Origin: Candidatus Heimdallarchaeum endolithica
GTDB taxonomy: Archaea; Asgardarchaeota; Heimdallarchaeia; Heimdallarchaeales; Heimdallarchaeaceae
DNA: 64,000 bases
Assembly: GCA_021513715.1 (NCBI GenBank)
Contig: CP084167.1
Coordinates: 1,728,001-1,792,000, forward strand
Direction of reading: 5' to 3'
Below, piece after piece: positions 1-10,140 of the stretch; the first letter of the stretch is position 1; each line of letters starts with the position of its first letter. The translations under genes were made by a program, and so were the position numbers. The notes beneath the pieces are model-generated. The model was not told where the DNA came from. It was given only the letters and a program-made list of their open reading frames with translations, and did not search any database.

Positions 1-1
1 A

Positions 2-379
2 GAAGTCAACAGGGTTACTGCTGATATTTTATCTCTTTATGGTGACTCTTTACCTATTCGTTTTCAATCTAAATCCATATATAGTTCCTTAACTTCCAAA
101 AATTATTCTTCTACAAAAGGTTCTATTGTAGGTTTACTTCCAAATCCTTGGAATCCTAGCAAAATTGCTTTAATCTGCTCTAGTATGAGTTATTTTGGAA
201 CTAATATTTCGCTTAAAGCATTAATTGATGACCTTGATTCTATTATTCATCAAAAACCTAGAATTCTATCTAATCACTCTGTTTACTCTGAAATTCCCAT
301 TCGTGTTCTTGCATCAGAAGAGAACACTAAAAATAAAGAAAAACTTGAAGGGCTAAAATCTTACATTTTTAAGGAGTAA
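2..379 (+). CDS. 5'-truncated CDS; C-terminal domain resembling the S-layer-C-like domain of archaeal HTH regulators
   Basis: The frame of the 185..379 ORF is open back to position 2 (EVNRVTADILSLYGDSLPIRF...GLLPNPWNPSKIALICSSMSYFGT). The LPIRF/NPW/GT pattern was recognised by eye. Confidence 0.5.
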   Translation, partial: EVNRVTADILSLYGDSLPIRFQSKSIYSSLTSKNYSSTKGSIVGLLPNPWNPSKIALICSSMSYFGTNISLKALIDDLDSIIHQKPRILSNHSVYSEIPIRVLASEENTKNKEKLEGLKSYIFKE

Positions 380-529
380 TTTTCACAATATTATTCAAAT
401 ATACCCCCTTTTTTTTAGAACTTCTGCTTTTTTTCGTAATATCTTAATCAATTAATACTCTCATAATAATGATAGTTTCAAAGAGAGTTTACAAAAGAGA
501 TATAAAGTTTGATATTTCTGGCACTTTTT

Positions 530-1318
530 TTATTTTCTCACGCTTACTTCAAGTTCAGGTAATCCTCCTATTTTCAATAAAACTGTATCACCCACTTTTA
601 TTTTTCCTACTCCTTCTGGTGTTCCTGTTGCAATAATATCTCCTGGCTCTAAGGACATCACTTCAGAGACATATTCTATTATTCTTTCTGGTGGAAAAAT
701 CATTTTCTTCGTGTTACTATTTTGTTTTAATTCTCCATTTACAAATGTTTGAATATTCAAGTTCTTTACTTGAGTGGTCAAGTCTATCCACGGGCCTAAA
801 GGTCCAAAGGTGTCGAACCCTTTCGCTCTTGTCCACAATCTATCTTTTTTTTGTAAATCTCTAGCAGTTATATCTAAAAAACCAGTCCAAGCGTAATACT
901 CTTCAGGCCATTGTGCTATATTTTCTGCTTTTTCACCTTTTATTTTTCTTCTTATTACTAGAGCTAGCTCTCCTTCAAAATCCACATGGCTTGACAAGGA
1001 AGGATAAATTATTCTTCCCTTATGAGGGATTAGAGAACTAGGAGGTTTTAAAAAGATTATTGGCTCTTCAGGTACTTCATTATCCAATTCTTTTGCGTGT
1101 TCACTATAATTTCTTCCAACACAAACAATTTTTGTTGGAGTTATTGGAATATCAATTTTTACCTTCTCTATCTCAATACCTGTTGGATCAAGGTCTATCT
1201 CTTCATGATTTTTTAAGATTTGCTCAATAGGAGATAGTATTTCATACACTTTCTCCTCTTTTTGATCAAATAGCACACTAAATTTTCTTTTTTCATAAAT
1301 GACCTTTCCTATTAACAA
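530..1318 (-). CDS. fumarylacetoacetate hydrolase family protein
   Basis: KIVCVGRNYSEHAKE, DFEGELA, AKGFDTFGPLGP and GDIIATGTPEGVG motifs. Confidence 0.93.
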   Translation of the reverse strand: MLIGKVIYEKRKFSVLFDQKEEKVYEILSPIEQILKNHEEIDLDPTGIEIEKVKIDIPITPTKIVCVGRNYSEHAKELDNEVPEEPIIFLKPPSSLIPHKGRIIYPSLSSHVDFEGELALVIRRKIKGEKAENIAQWPEEYYAWTGFLDITARDLQKKDRLWTRAKGFDTFGPLGPWIDLTTQVKNLNIQTFVNGELKQNSNTKKMIFPPERIIEYVSEVMSLEPGDIIATGTPEGVGKIKVGDTVLLKIGGLPELEVSVRK

Positions 1319-1339
1319 AATAATCCCTTTTTTGCATTT

Positions 1340-2887
1340 TTATTTTTTAATTTTTGTTTTCTCTTTATTTTTTGTTTTAAATAATTCAAACTTTTCTGGC
1401 CGTAATAACATATAAGTTAGAATTCCAATTACAATTATCAATGCTGCAATATAAAAAGTTACTTTGTATGAATAAGCATCAGAATTTCCTCCTGAACTTA
1501 TCCAGTTAGCTATTTTTTGTGAGAACAGAAAGGCAACAATTACAGAAAAAACAAAAGAAATACTAAAAGATGATATCTGAATACTTTTTGTTTTATTTAA
1601 CTTAAAATAAGAAATAAAGAATGTAGCTAACCACATACATACGCTTACAATAAAGAATCCTACATATATTGAAAGAGTCACTAGATTTACGCCAACTATA
1701 CTATCTGCAACTGGACCTGTGATTAACGTTCCTCCTAGTCCCCAAGATAAATAAAAAGCAGCATTATAGTAACCCATCATTTTTCCTCTTATTTCAAGTG
1801 GAATAATCTTTGTTATCATTGAATAAGAGATAGTCTGTATCCAGACCCTAGATAATCCTAAAAGAGCCATATAGACAAAGATAAGTACAATAGACGGCGC
1901 AAAAGGTAGAATTAATGTTCCAACAAACAAAAAACTAAATCCAATTAACAATAGTGTATGATCACTGAAATGTTTAGTTAAAAAACCAACAAGCAACCCA
2001 CCAATTATCATTGCAATACTACTTGTATTTCTTAATTGAGCAACAATTACATCAGAAGCAGCAAAAGTTGACGGTAATCTTATGTAAATACTTACCATTT
2101 GGTTAATGCTATTTCCTCCGATATTTACAATTCCAAGAACTACTAAAATCCATACAAATAATTGCCATTCCCAACATATTTTTTGAGGATTCTTTACAGT
2201 GTTATTTTCTCCTTTTTTCTTCATGCTTTCTTCATTTTTATTCAAAATCGTATTGTTAATTGATACTACATCACTATCTTCTAGTTCAGCATAAGATTCA
2301 GGTATAAGGAACAAGGCTATAATACTGAAAACCATTATCCCTGAAGAAATAAAAAACAGATTTCCATTGGAAAATCCTTCTCCACCTAAGTATAAAAATC
2401 CACTTGCAGTAACACCTAATATATTTCCTATTCCTCCAATAAATTGGAGTCTACCCATTATTTTTCCTCTTTCAGTTTCTTTTGTTAGATCTGCTATCAG
2501 TGCAGTCCACCCTAGGTTACTACTACTCCATCCAGCTTCAATGATTGTGAAACCTATTATTATTGTATAAGCTGCTGCGTGAAGACTCTTGTTTATGGCC
2601 ATGTTCTTGTGAATAAAATATACTACAATATAACCCACAGCAGCATATAATTCTCCAAAAATGATTAATAGTCTCCTTTTTTGGAATTTGTCAGAAATTC
2701 TTCCCCAAACTGCTGATTGAGTTAGAATGTTTGCGACCATCGGTAATGTTGCATAAAGTGTCATTTCTGTGTTAGTTACACCCAGATTCTCCTTCAAATA
2801 TATACTTAGAAAAAAATAGAAGATCCCTCTTCTAAACATAGCCATTATCTGAAATATAGACAAGCTTACAAAATGCTTATTTCTCAA
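1340..2887 (-). CDS. MFS transporter
   Basis: Many hydrophobic segments, motif A-like WGRISDKFQKRR and ERGKIMG. The likely start is TTG 2887 after GGAGTGA; the track start 3019 is a low-complexity extension. Confidence 0.85.
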   Translation of the reverse strand: MRNKHFVSLSIFQIMAMFRRGIFYFFLSIYLKENLGVTNTEMTLYATLPMVANILTQSAVWGRISDKFQKRRLLIIFGELYAAVGYIVVYFIHKNMAINKSLHAAAYTIIIGFTIIEAGWSSSNLGWTALIADLTKETERGKIMGRLQFIGGIGNILGVTASGFLYLGGEGFSNGNLFFISSGIMVFSIIALFLIPESYAELEDSDVVSINNTILNKNEESMKKKGENNTVKNPQKICWEWQLFVWILVVLGIVNIGGNSINQMVSIYIRLPSTFAASDVIVAQLRNTSSIAMIIGGLLVGFLTKHFSDHTLLLIGFSFLFVGTLILPFAPSIVLIFVYMALLGLSRVWIQTISYSMITKIIPLEIRGKMMGYYNAAFYLSWGLGGTLITGPVADSIVGVNLVTLSIYVGFFIVSVCMWLATFFISYFKLNKTKSIQISSFSISFVFSVIVAFLFSQKIANWISSGGNSDAYSYKVTFYIAALIIVIGILTYMLLRPEKFELFKTKNKEKTKIKK

Positions 2888-3137
2888 AGGTTTCACTCCA
2901 AGGAATATTTTATTTTTTGTCGTTTTGCTTTTTTTTGTAACGAATAAATAGTTTGTGTTTTGCCTATTTTTGTAATAAAAAAAAATTAAGTTAAAGTAAA
3001 CTTTTTTATATCGGTGCAATTTTCATCTTTTGAGGACAATGAATCCTGGTGAATATGAAACAATACAGTAAAATGCTTTCTTTTGGTTTAGTAGTTTATC
3101 TTTGTCCTCTTGGGAAAAAATGTTTTAAGGTGGAAAG

Positions 3138-5063
3138 ATGGTAGAAGTAAAAGTAAAATTACCTGATAACAGTGAGATCGCCATTGAAAAGGGTAAAACA
3201 ATATTGGATTTAGCCAATAAAATAAGCCCCAATTTAGCAAAAGCATCTTTAGCAGCAAAAATAGATGATAAATTAGTGGATCTTACTTACCCAATTGAAC
3301 AAGATTGTAAAATAGAATTAATTACAGCCAGATCAGATGAAGCTTTTCATATTCTAAACCATAGTGCAGCTCATGTATTAGCTAGTGCTGTCGTTGAATT
3401 GTTTCCTGAAGCGAAGCCAACTATTGGACCCTCTGTTGATGAGGGATTTTATTACGATTTCGAGGTAAAAAAGCCCTTTTCTCAAGAGGATTTGGAAAAA
3501 ATAGAAAAGAAAATGATAGAGATAATAGAAGAAGATACTCCGTTTATTAGAGAAGAAGTTCCAATTCAAGAAGCTATCAAATACTATGAAAAAGTTGAGA
3601 AGAATAAATTCAAAGTAGAGATATTGAAAGAGATGCCAGATGTTGACACCGTTTCTTTTTATTCCCACCGAAACGGTAAATTCAAAGATCTTTGTAGAGG
3701 TCCCCATATCCCTTCAACAAAGAAAATTAAAGCAGTAAAAGTGCTTAATGCTTCTTCTGCTTTTTGGAGAGGAGATGCAAAAAGAGAATCCCTTCAAAGA
3801 GTATATGGTATCGCTTTTACTGACGCTAAAAAGTTAAAAAAACACTTGAAAATGCTTGAAGAAGCAAAAAAACGTGACCATAGAATTTTGGGACCACAAC
3901 TTGATCTATTCGATACTGCAGATGAGTGGGGACCTGGAATGCCATTAATTTATCCAAAAGGAACAATCCTCTTAGAAGTTATCAAAGAGTTTTGGAAAAA
4001 AGAACATAAAAAAGCAGGATATAAAGTTGTACAAACTCCTCATCTATTCAAAGAGATTGTATGGAAAACAAGTGGGCATTTAGATTATTACCTTGAAAAC
4101 ATGTATCCAGTAGATGCTAGAGGTGAACGTTGGTATGTTAAACCTATGAATTGTCCAGGACATATGATGATTTACAATAGAAAGACTTATTCTTACAGAG
4201 AGTTACCTGAACGAATAGCAGAAATGGGTACTGTGTATAGATATGAACTTTCAGGAGTATTACATGGTTTATTCAGAATTCGTGGTTTCACCCAAGATGA
4301 TAGTCACATTTTCATGCTTCCAGAGCAACTAGAAGATGAGATAGTAAAAATTATAGAGATGGTAAATCACTTTTATTCAGTGTTTGGATTCAAAGAATGG
4401 GAATTTTTCATTAGTACTAGACCTGAAAAATCTATTGGAACAGATGAAGGATGGGAACATGCTACAAAATCTTTAATGAATGCTATTGAAAGAGTTGGAA
4501 TCAAATATAAAATTAAACAAGGAGATGGAGCTTTTTATGGTCCAAAAATTGATGTTGATGTTAAAGATGCAATAGGAAGACGTTGGCAACTAGCAACCAT
4601 ACAAGTAGACTTTAACTTGCCAGAAAGATTTGATATAAATTACATTGGTGAAGATGGTCAAAAGCACAGACCATTCATTATTCATCGTGTAATATATGGA
4701 GCACTTGAACGCTTTTTAGCAATATTGGTAGAACATTATGCTGGAAAATTGCCTATATGGTTGAGCCCTGTACAAGCGATTGTTATTCCAATTACTGATG
4801 AACATATAAATTATGCAAAAAAGGTTGTAGAAATACTCGACAAGGAAGGAATTAGAGCAGAAGCTGATCTTTCAGGAGAACGAATGGAGTACAAAATAAG
4901 GCAAGCTAATCTTCAGAAAATACCTTACATTATTAATGTTGGAGGAAAAGAAATAGAAAACAATACTATAGCTGTTCGTGATCGAACTAATAAAGTGAGA
5001 TTCGGCGTAAAAATTGAAGAATTTGTTAAAGAAGTTAAAGAAAAAATAACAAATTATGAATAA
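3138..5063 (+). CDS. thrS: threonyl-tRNA synthetase, bacterial/eukaryotic type (TGS + N2 editing domain)
   Basis: TGS N-terminus, HSAAH and DLCRGPH editing motifs, KRDHR, KPMNCPGH, RGFTQDDSH, GAFYGPKID, IIHRVIYG. Confidence 0.97.
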   Translation: MVEVKVKLPDNSEIAIEKGKTILDLANKISPNLAKASLAAKIDDKLVDLTYPIEQDCKIELITARSDEAFHILNHSAAHVLASAVVELFPEAKPTIGPSVDEGFYYDFEVKKPFSQEDLEKIEKKMIEIIEEDTPFIREEVPIQEAIKYYEKVEKNKFKVEILKEMPDVDTVSFYSHRNGKFKDLCRGPHIPSTKKIKAVKVLNASSAFWRGDAKRESLQRVYGIAFTDAKKLKKHLKMLEEAKKRDHRILGPQLDLFDTADEWGPGMPLIYPKGTILLEVIKEFWKKEHKKAGYKVVQTPHLFKEIVWKTSGHLDYYLENMYPVDARGERWYVKPMNCPGHMMIYNRKTYSYRELPERIAEMGTVYRYELSGVLHGLFRIRGFTQDDSHIFMLPEQLEDEIVKIIEMVNHFYSVFGFKEWEFFISTRPEKSIGTDEGWEHATKSLMNAIERVGIKYKIKQGDGAFYGPKIDVDVKDAIGRRWQLATIQVDFNLPERFDINYIGEDGQKHRPFIIHRVIYGALERFLAILVEHYAGKLPIWLSPVQAIVIPITDEHINYAKKVVEILDKEGIRAEADLSGERMEYKIRQANLQKIPYIINVGGKEIENNTIAVRDRTNKVRFGVKIEEFVKEVKEKITNYE

Positions 5064-5076
5064 TTATTCTACTTTT

Positions 5077-6222
5077 TTATTCTTCTTCAAATAGTTCAAT
5101 AATTGTTTCCAATAACAAATTTGAATAAGTCACAACCTCGTCTTTTAATGTATATTCATCAGTCACATGTAATTGATCTAGTCTACCAGGACCAAAAATC
5201 ACAAAATCAGTATTGTTAGGTGGAACTAATACTGCTCCATCTGTGCCGTAGGTAACACCAACTATTTCCAAAATACCTTTCTTTTTGAGTTTTTCCTTTA
5301 ATTTGCCTAGAAATGCTATTTCTGAATTTGATTCGATTGGAGGGATAATATGCACTTCTTCAAACTTTGCTTGTGCATCCTCTTTAGAATTAAATAGTTT
5401 CAATATTCTATTTATTTTTTCTCTTATTTCATTATAATTAACAGAAGGAACAACTCTATAATCTAGAGTAAATTCACAATATTCAGGAACAACGTTGAAA
5501 GAAGTCCCTCCACTTATTTTACCAATATTAAGCGTTGAGTGGTTTAAAAGAGGGTGCTTAGTTGACGGTATAGTTGTCTTAATTTTTGCTATTAACTCAG
5601 CGGCTTTTTCTATAGCATTAACACCCAACTCAGGAGTTGAACCGTGAGCTGATTTACCAAATACTTTTATTTTTGCCCAATAAACGCCTTTTTGAGCAAT
5701 AGAAAGTTTTAATTCTGTTGGTTCACCTATTATAAGAAAATGAGTTGATTCCATTATATCAGTGTTTAAAGCAGCTTTAGCTCCCCCCATTCCAACCTCT
5801 TCATCACTTGTTATTAATAATTTTATTTTTTTTGTTAACTTTACGTTCTTTTCTTTTAATTTTAATAGAATTGCTATGTATGAAGCGATAGCTCCTTTCA
5901 TATCTGTTGCTCCTCGCCCATATATTCGTCCATTATGCTCAATCCCTTCAAATGGATCAAAAGCCCATTTTTTTTTATCTCCAGCAGGGACAACATCAAT
6001 ATGACCACATAATACTATACTTTCTTCACCTGAGCCATACTCTGCAAAAAGGTTGGCTCGATCTTCTGAGTACTCTTGAATTTCACACAATATACCTTTT
6101 TTAGAAAGGATTTTTTTCACATAATTAATTGCATCTATTGTTTTTCCAGGAGGATTTACTGTTTTAAACTGGATTAGTTTTTGTAAAATTGGAATTACTT
6201 CTATTTCTTTTATTTCATTCAT
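5077..6222 (-). CDS. M20 family metallopeptidase/deacylase (ArgE/DapE-like)
   Basis: GHIDVVP, GRGATDMKG, DEEVG, GEPT, AHGS and H near the C-terminus. Confidence 0.9.
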   Translation of the reverse strand: MNEIKEIEVIPILQKLIQFKTVNPPGKTIDAINYVKKILSKKGILCEIQEYSEDRANLFAEYGSGEESIVLCGHIDVVPAGDKKKWAFDPFEGIEHNGRIYGRGATDMKGAIASYIAILLKLKEKNVKLTKKIKLLITSDEEVGMGGAKAALNTDIMESTHFLIIGEPTELKLSIAQKGVYWAKIKVFGKSAHGSTPELGVNAIEKAAELIAKIKTTIPSTKHPLLNHSTLNIGKISGGTSFNVVPEYCEFTLDYRVVPSVNYNEIREKINRILKLFNSKEDAQAKFEEVHIIPPIESNSEIAFLGKLKEKLKKKGILEIVGVTYGTDGAVLVPPNNTDFVIFGPGRLDQLHVTDEYTLKDEVVTYSNLLLETIIELFEEE

Positions 6223-6402
6223 TATTGTTCTTGAGGAATTATAGGCCCTTCTATAAAATTTTTGTTCTATTAATATTCTTTAGATTTCAATGTTTTGAGA
6301 TCGAAAATTTGCACCTAAAAATTAAGATATTTATAATCAAATTTTCCAGATATTACATTCATTTTAAAAACCCCTCATTATTTTTTTGTTGGTTGAACCA
6401 TC

Positions 6403-7821
6403 TTGTTAGTATTATCAAGTTGTCAATATTGTGGTAATAAAGCTCAATATTATTGTACAAATTGTGGAAAATTACTATGTGCAGATCACGTAACAGTAGC
6501 CCACACCGTTTACTACTGCAAAAATTGTGATTTAGAAGTATATGAAGAACAATGTCCTAAATGTGAAAATAAAGCAGAATTTTCTAGAAATGATAATGTA
6601 CTTTTATGTGAATGGTGCAAAACACCCACTGTAGTCGATGGTTACGCTTATCATCAGCAATTACCAGAAAAAATATTTAGTTCAATACTTCGAATAAATA
6701 AAAAGATAGCTGATTTACTTTATTTAACAGATAGATACCACAAATTAGTAGATGAGATACTGAAAGTCAGATATGCTAAAATAAAATTATTTCCAGATAT
6801 AGAAGATGATCTTTCCATATTAAGAACAAAAATAGACAACTTAATCAAAAAACTAAGAATTATTAGTGACAGTTTATTTTTGAAAATAAACAAGAAATTA
6901 CAATCATTAAACTATCTTAGATCTCCAAATTTGAACAATCTTGAACCAGCTGAAGAATTAATTAATTATTTAGACAAAAACTATGAATCTTTAGAACATA
7001 GCTTACATCTTAAAATTGAACAAATAGAGGAATATTTTGCAGCTATAGGCAAAAAGGTTGATTTTCTTAATTATCAATATACTCTTTTAAAAATAATATA
7101 CAGGATTATTCCTGAAGTTGAAGGAGAAGAATTAATTGCAATTATTCCTAGAATGTGGATAAAAAAGGGTGTAAAACTTCCTAAGCGTTTTGTATTTGTT
7201 TTCACAAATAAAAATATATATCTCTTGAGAGAAAAAGGAATGTTTCGTACAATGCTAAAATTGAAAGAAAAAATTGATCTCTCAAATGTAAGATTAGTTT
7301 CAGAATCTCAAACATTATTGAAAGGAAAGGTTGTAAAGATTTCAACATTACTTTCGCAATATTCATTGTTTGGGAGAGATATTGCTATTTCAGAGTTATC
7401 AAAATATTTCAGTATCTATTATGAATACTTCAAATACTCTACAAGTGACCTCACAGTAATTAATGAATTCAAATATTATAATTTGTCTGTAAAAGATTTA
7501 AGGGAAGCAATAAATAAATACCTCAACAATCTCCGTGTTTCTCTTCTTAAAAAGAGAGAAATAAAAAAAGAAATAATGTATAAAAATAGTTTAGTAGCAA
7601 GACGACAACAGATATTACAACGATTAGCAAATATAAGACGTAAAATCCAAGAAATAACACAATCTAGAGCCGGGAGATACCAAAGTCCCAAAGTTTTCAA
7701 CAACTTGTTACAGAGACTTATGGAAGAGCAATCTCGTTTAGAAAAAGAAATAAGAATGAATGATGCCAAAATCAGAGAGATAGATGAATTGTGGGGTGTT
7801 TTTTATGATCAAGTTTCTTAA
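6403..7821 (+). CDS. zinc finger (B-box-like) + coiled-coil + PH-like domain protein
   Basis: CxxC-x7-CxxC-x4-CxxH then three more CxxC pairs; long heptad helices; GEELIAII...FVFVFTNKNIYLL...IDLSNV PH-like segment; C-terminal coiled coil. Confidence 0.6.
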   Translation: MLVLSSCQYCGNKAQYYCTNCGKLLCADHVTVAHTVYYCKNCDLEVYEEQCPKCENKAEFSRNDNVLLCEWCKTPTVVDGYAYHQQLPEKIFSSILRINKKIADLLYLTDRYHKLVDEILKVRYAKIKLFPDIEDDLSILRTKIDNLIKKLRIISDSLFLKINKKLQSLNYLRSPNLNNLEPAEELINYLDKNYESLEHSLHLKIEQIEEYFAAIGKKVDFLNYQYTLLKIIYRIIPEVEGEELIAIIPRMWIKKGVKLPKRFVFVFTNKNIYLLREKGMFRTMLKLKEKIDLSNVRLVSESQTLLKGKVVKISTLLSQYSLFGRDIAISELSKYFSIYYEYFKYSTSDLTVINEFKYYNLSVKDLREAINKYLNNLRVSLLKKREIKKEIMYKNSLVARRQQILQRLANIRRKIQEITQSRAGRYQSPKVFNNLLQRLMEEQSRLEKEIRMNDAKIREIDELWGVFYDQVS

Positions 7822-7905
7822 CCCCCCTTTTTCTTTCCTATTAATATAGAAAAACTAATAAGGACTGTAATTAACTCTATTTTAGTTAATTCAAGAGTTG
7901 AAAAA

Positions 7906-9054
7906 ATGAATCCAATTCCTGTTGTAGATGTGAATATTAAAGAGAAAGAGTTAGAAGCAGTGAAAAAAGTAATTGAAAGCAAATATCTTGTAGAGGGTAA
8001 AAACGCAAGAGAATTCGAAAATAAATTCGCTAAATTCACGGGTGCAAAGTATGTTACTACAGTTGTAAACGGAACAGCTGCTCTACATCTTGCATTGACT
8101 GCATTAGATATTGGTCCTGGAGATGAGGTTATAACTACTCCTTTTACTTTTATTGCTTCGTCGAATGCTATTCTTTTTAATGGAGGAATACCAATTTTTG
8201 TTGATGTTGATAAAGAGACTTTTAACATAGACCCAGAGAAAATTGAGGACGCAATTACTGAAAAAACAAAAGCCATTCTTCCCGTACATATTTTTGGAAA
8301 TCCATGTGATATGAAAGCTATAGCTGATATAGCAGAAGATCATGATTTAATAGTAATTGAGGATTGTGCCCAAGCACATGATGCAAGGATTGATGGTATT
8401 CATACTGGAAATTTTGGACAGATCGGTTCATTCTCTTTCTATGGAACGAAAAACCTAATAGGGGGAGAAGGTGGGGCAGTAATCTGTAATGATGAAGAAC
8501 TTTTTGAAAAAATAAAAAGTATAAAAAATCATGGAAGAAGCCCAAAAGGGGGATATTATCATTATAGGATTGGTTTTAATTATCGAACAACAGATATGTC
8601 AGCAGCTATTATGAACGTACAAATGGATAGAGCTCAAGAAATTTTAGAAAGAAGGCATAAGAATGGAGAACTTTATAGAAAGTTACTTTCAGAACAAGAA
8701 AATTTAATGATACAAAAAGTTCTTCCTGGCCATCAACACAGTGACTACATAATGACTCCTATAATACTAAATGAACAAGTGAAAACTGAAGATATTATTA
8801 GCTACTTAAAAGAGAATGGTATTTCATCAAGAACAATTTACTCGATTCTTTCTTATGAACAACCATCGTATACAGATCTTTCAAATTGGCACATGTCTCG
8901 TGTTGTTAACTACCCTGATTATTCTAAAGTATCTTGTCCTAATGCAGAATTTTTAGCAAGAAACCACTTTGAAATCCCGATGGTATCCACACTTTCAGAT
9001 AAAGAAATTGCTTTCATTGTAGAGAAAATAAATGATTTCTTTAAAAAAAAATAA
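7906..9054 (+). CDS. DegT/DnrJ/EryC1/StrS PLP-dependent sugar aminotransferase
   Basis: NGTAALHLAL, IEDCAQAH, SFYGTKNL (PLP lysine), GFNYR. Confidence 0.95.
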   Translation: MNPIPVVDVNIKEKELEAVKKVIESKYLVEGKNAREFENKFAKFTGAKYVTTVVNGTAALHLALTALDIGPGDEVITTPFTFIASSNAILFNGGIPIFVDVDKETFNIDPEKIEDAITEKTKAILPVHIFGNPCDMKAIADIAEDHDLIVIEDCAQAHDARIDGIHTGNFGQIGSFSFYGTKNLIGGEGGAVICNDEELFEKIKSIKNHGRSPKGGYYHYRIGFNYRTTDMSAAIMNVQMDRAQEILERRHKNGELYRKLLSEQENLMIQKVLPGHQHSDYIMTPIILNEQVKTEDIISYLKENGISSRTIYSILSYEQPSYTDLSNWHMSRVVNYPDYSKVSCPNAEFLARNHFEIPMVSTLSDKEIAFIVEKINDFFKKK

Positions 9055-9178
9055 TATAAACTTCTAAAAAACAATTTTTTCTTTTTTTCTGAATTTTCCT
9101 ATTTTTCTTATAACCAAAAAAAAGGAAATTCAATCTTTTTCCAAAACATTTTTTTGCTCTTACTGAAAACAATAATCA

Positions 9179-10108
9179 ATGAGTAACTTACCGTCAGAGT
9201 TTCCTTTGTATCTTAGTAATATTTCAGTAAAAGAAAAAGACACTCCAGAACTAGTCTTAACATATGAGGGAGATGAAACCCTCGTTGACAAACTATTTCT
9301 AATTGGAAAAAATAATGGCTTACCTGACAACATTAATGCAGCCATTCCTTTTGAACAAAAAAAACTAAAAGGAAGAGTAGTCTTTCAGATCACTATCCCG
9401 ATCTACGAAGATGGAGAATTCCAGGCTGTTGTGGAATATGAAGATGGATATATTTATGAACCAGGGCAAGCTCACAGTATAGTTTTTAGAGGAAAAGGTA
9501 TCTTTTTGGACTTTAGAAAAATATATCACCTACAAAAAGAAGTTTTAAGACCAAAAGGAGCACCTAAACCAACAAAAAAAGAAGCAGAAACGGAAAAAAT
9601 TGAAACCATCAAAGAGGAAAAAAAGGCTACTTCAACTCTTGAAAAGAAGAAAGAAATAGCTCCTATTGCTGATAAAGATAATCTACTAAAAGTTCAACCA
9701 AAGGATTTTAGAAACTTTGATAAAAATCTTAAAGCTAAACTGCTCCAAATACTGGATTACTTAGCTAATGATAAAAGCAAAAAACTAATTCTAGACACTG
9801 TAATTCTGCCAGATATATCTAGAACACTCAAAAGATTAATTTTGGAGGAAATGAGAAAAAGTGTCTACGAAGCATGTTTTCCTGTAATTGTATTAATTGA
9901 GAAAGCTCTGATATTGGGCGGTATGGTTTTCCAAGTAATTTTTACTGAAGAAACCTATGAGGAATATAAAAAAGAAATTGTTGAAAAAATCCCAGAAATA
10001 AAAGAAAGAATCAACCATATTGAGTTTGAACCCACAAATACAATGATAAAAGTAAAATATGATAAAGATAAGCATTCCTTTAAGAAAATGTTATATCACC
10101 AGATATAG
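9179..10108 (+). CDS. hypothetical protein (beta-rich N-domain, charged linker, helical C-domain)
   Basis: 309-aa ORF with normal coding composition; no family recognised. Confidence 0.6.
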   Translation: MSNLPSEFPLYLSNISVKEKDTPELVLTYEGDETLVDKLFLIGKNNGLPDNINAAIPFEQKKLKGRVVFQITIPIYEDGEFQAVVEYEDGYIYEPGQAHSIVFRGKGIFLDFRKIYHLQKEVLRPKGAPKPTKKEAETEKIETIKEEKKATSTLEKKKEIAPIADKDNLLKVQPKDFRNFDKNLKAKLLQILDYLANDKSKKLILDTVILPDISRTLKRLILEEMRKSVYEACFPVIVLIEKALILGGMVFQVIFTEETYEEYKKEIVEKIPEIKERINHIEFEPTNTMIKVKYDKDKHSFKKMLYHQI

Positions 10109-10140
10109 TTCTTTTTTTTATTTTCAAAAAAAATAAAAAA

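Noticed and set aside
2888-3019. N-terminal extensions given by the ORF track (MFS, DHH, histone, rpsB, ndk, THUMP, ggt)
   Set aside because: They run through intergenic or promoter DNA; downstream starts fit the SD and family N-termini better.
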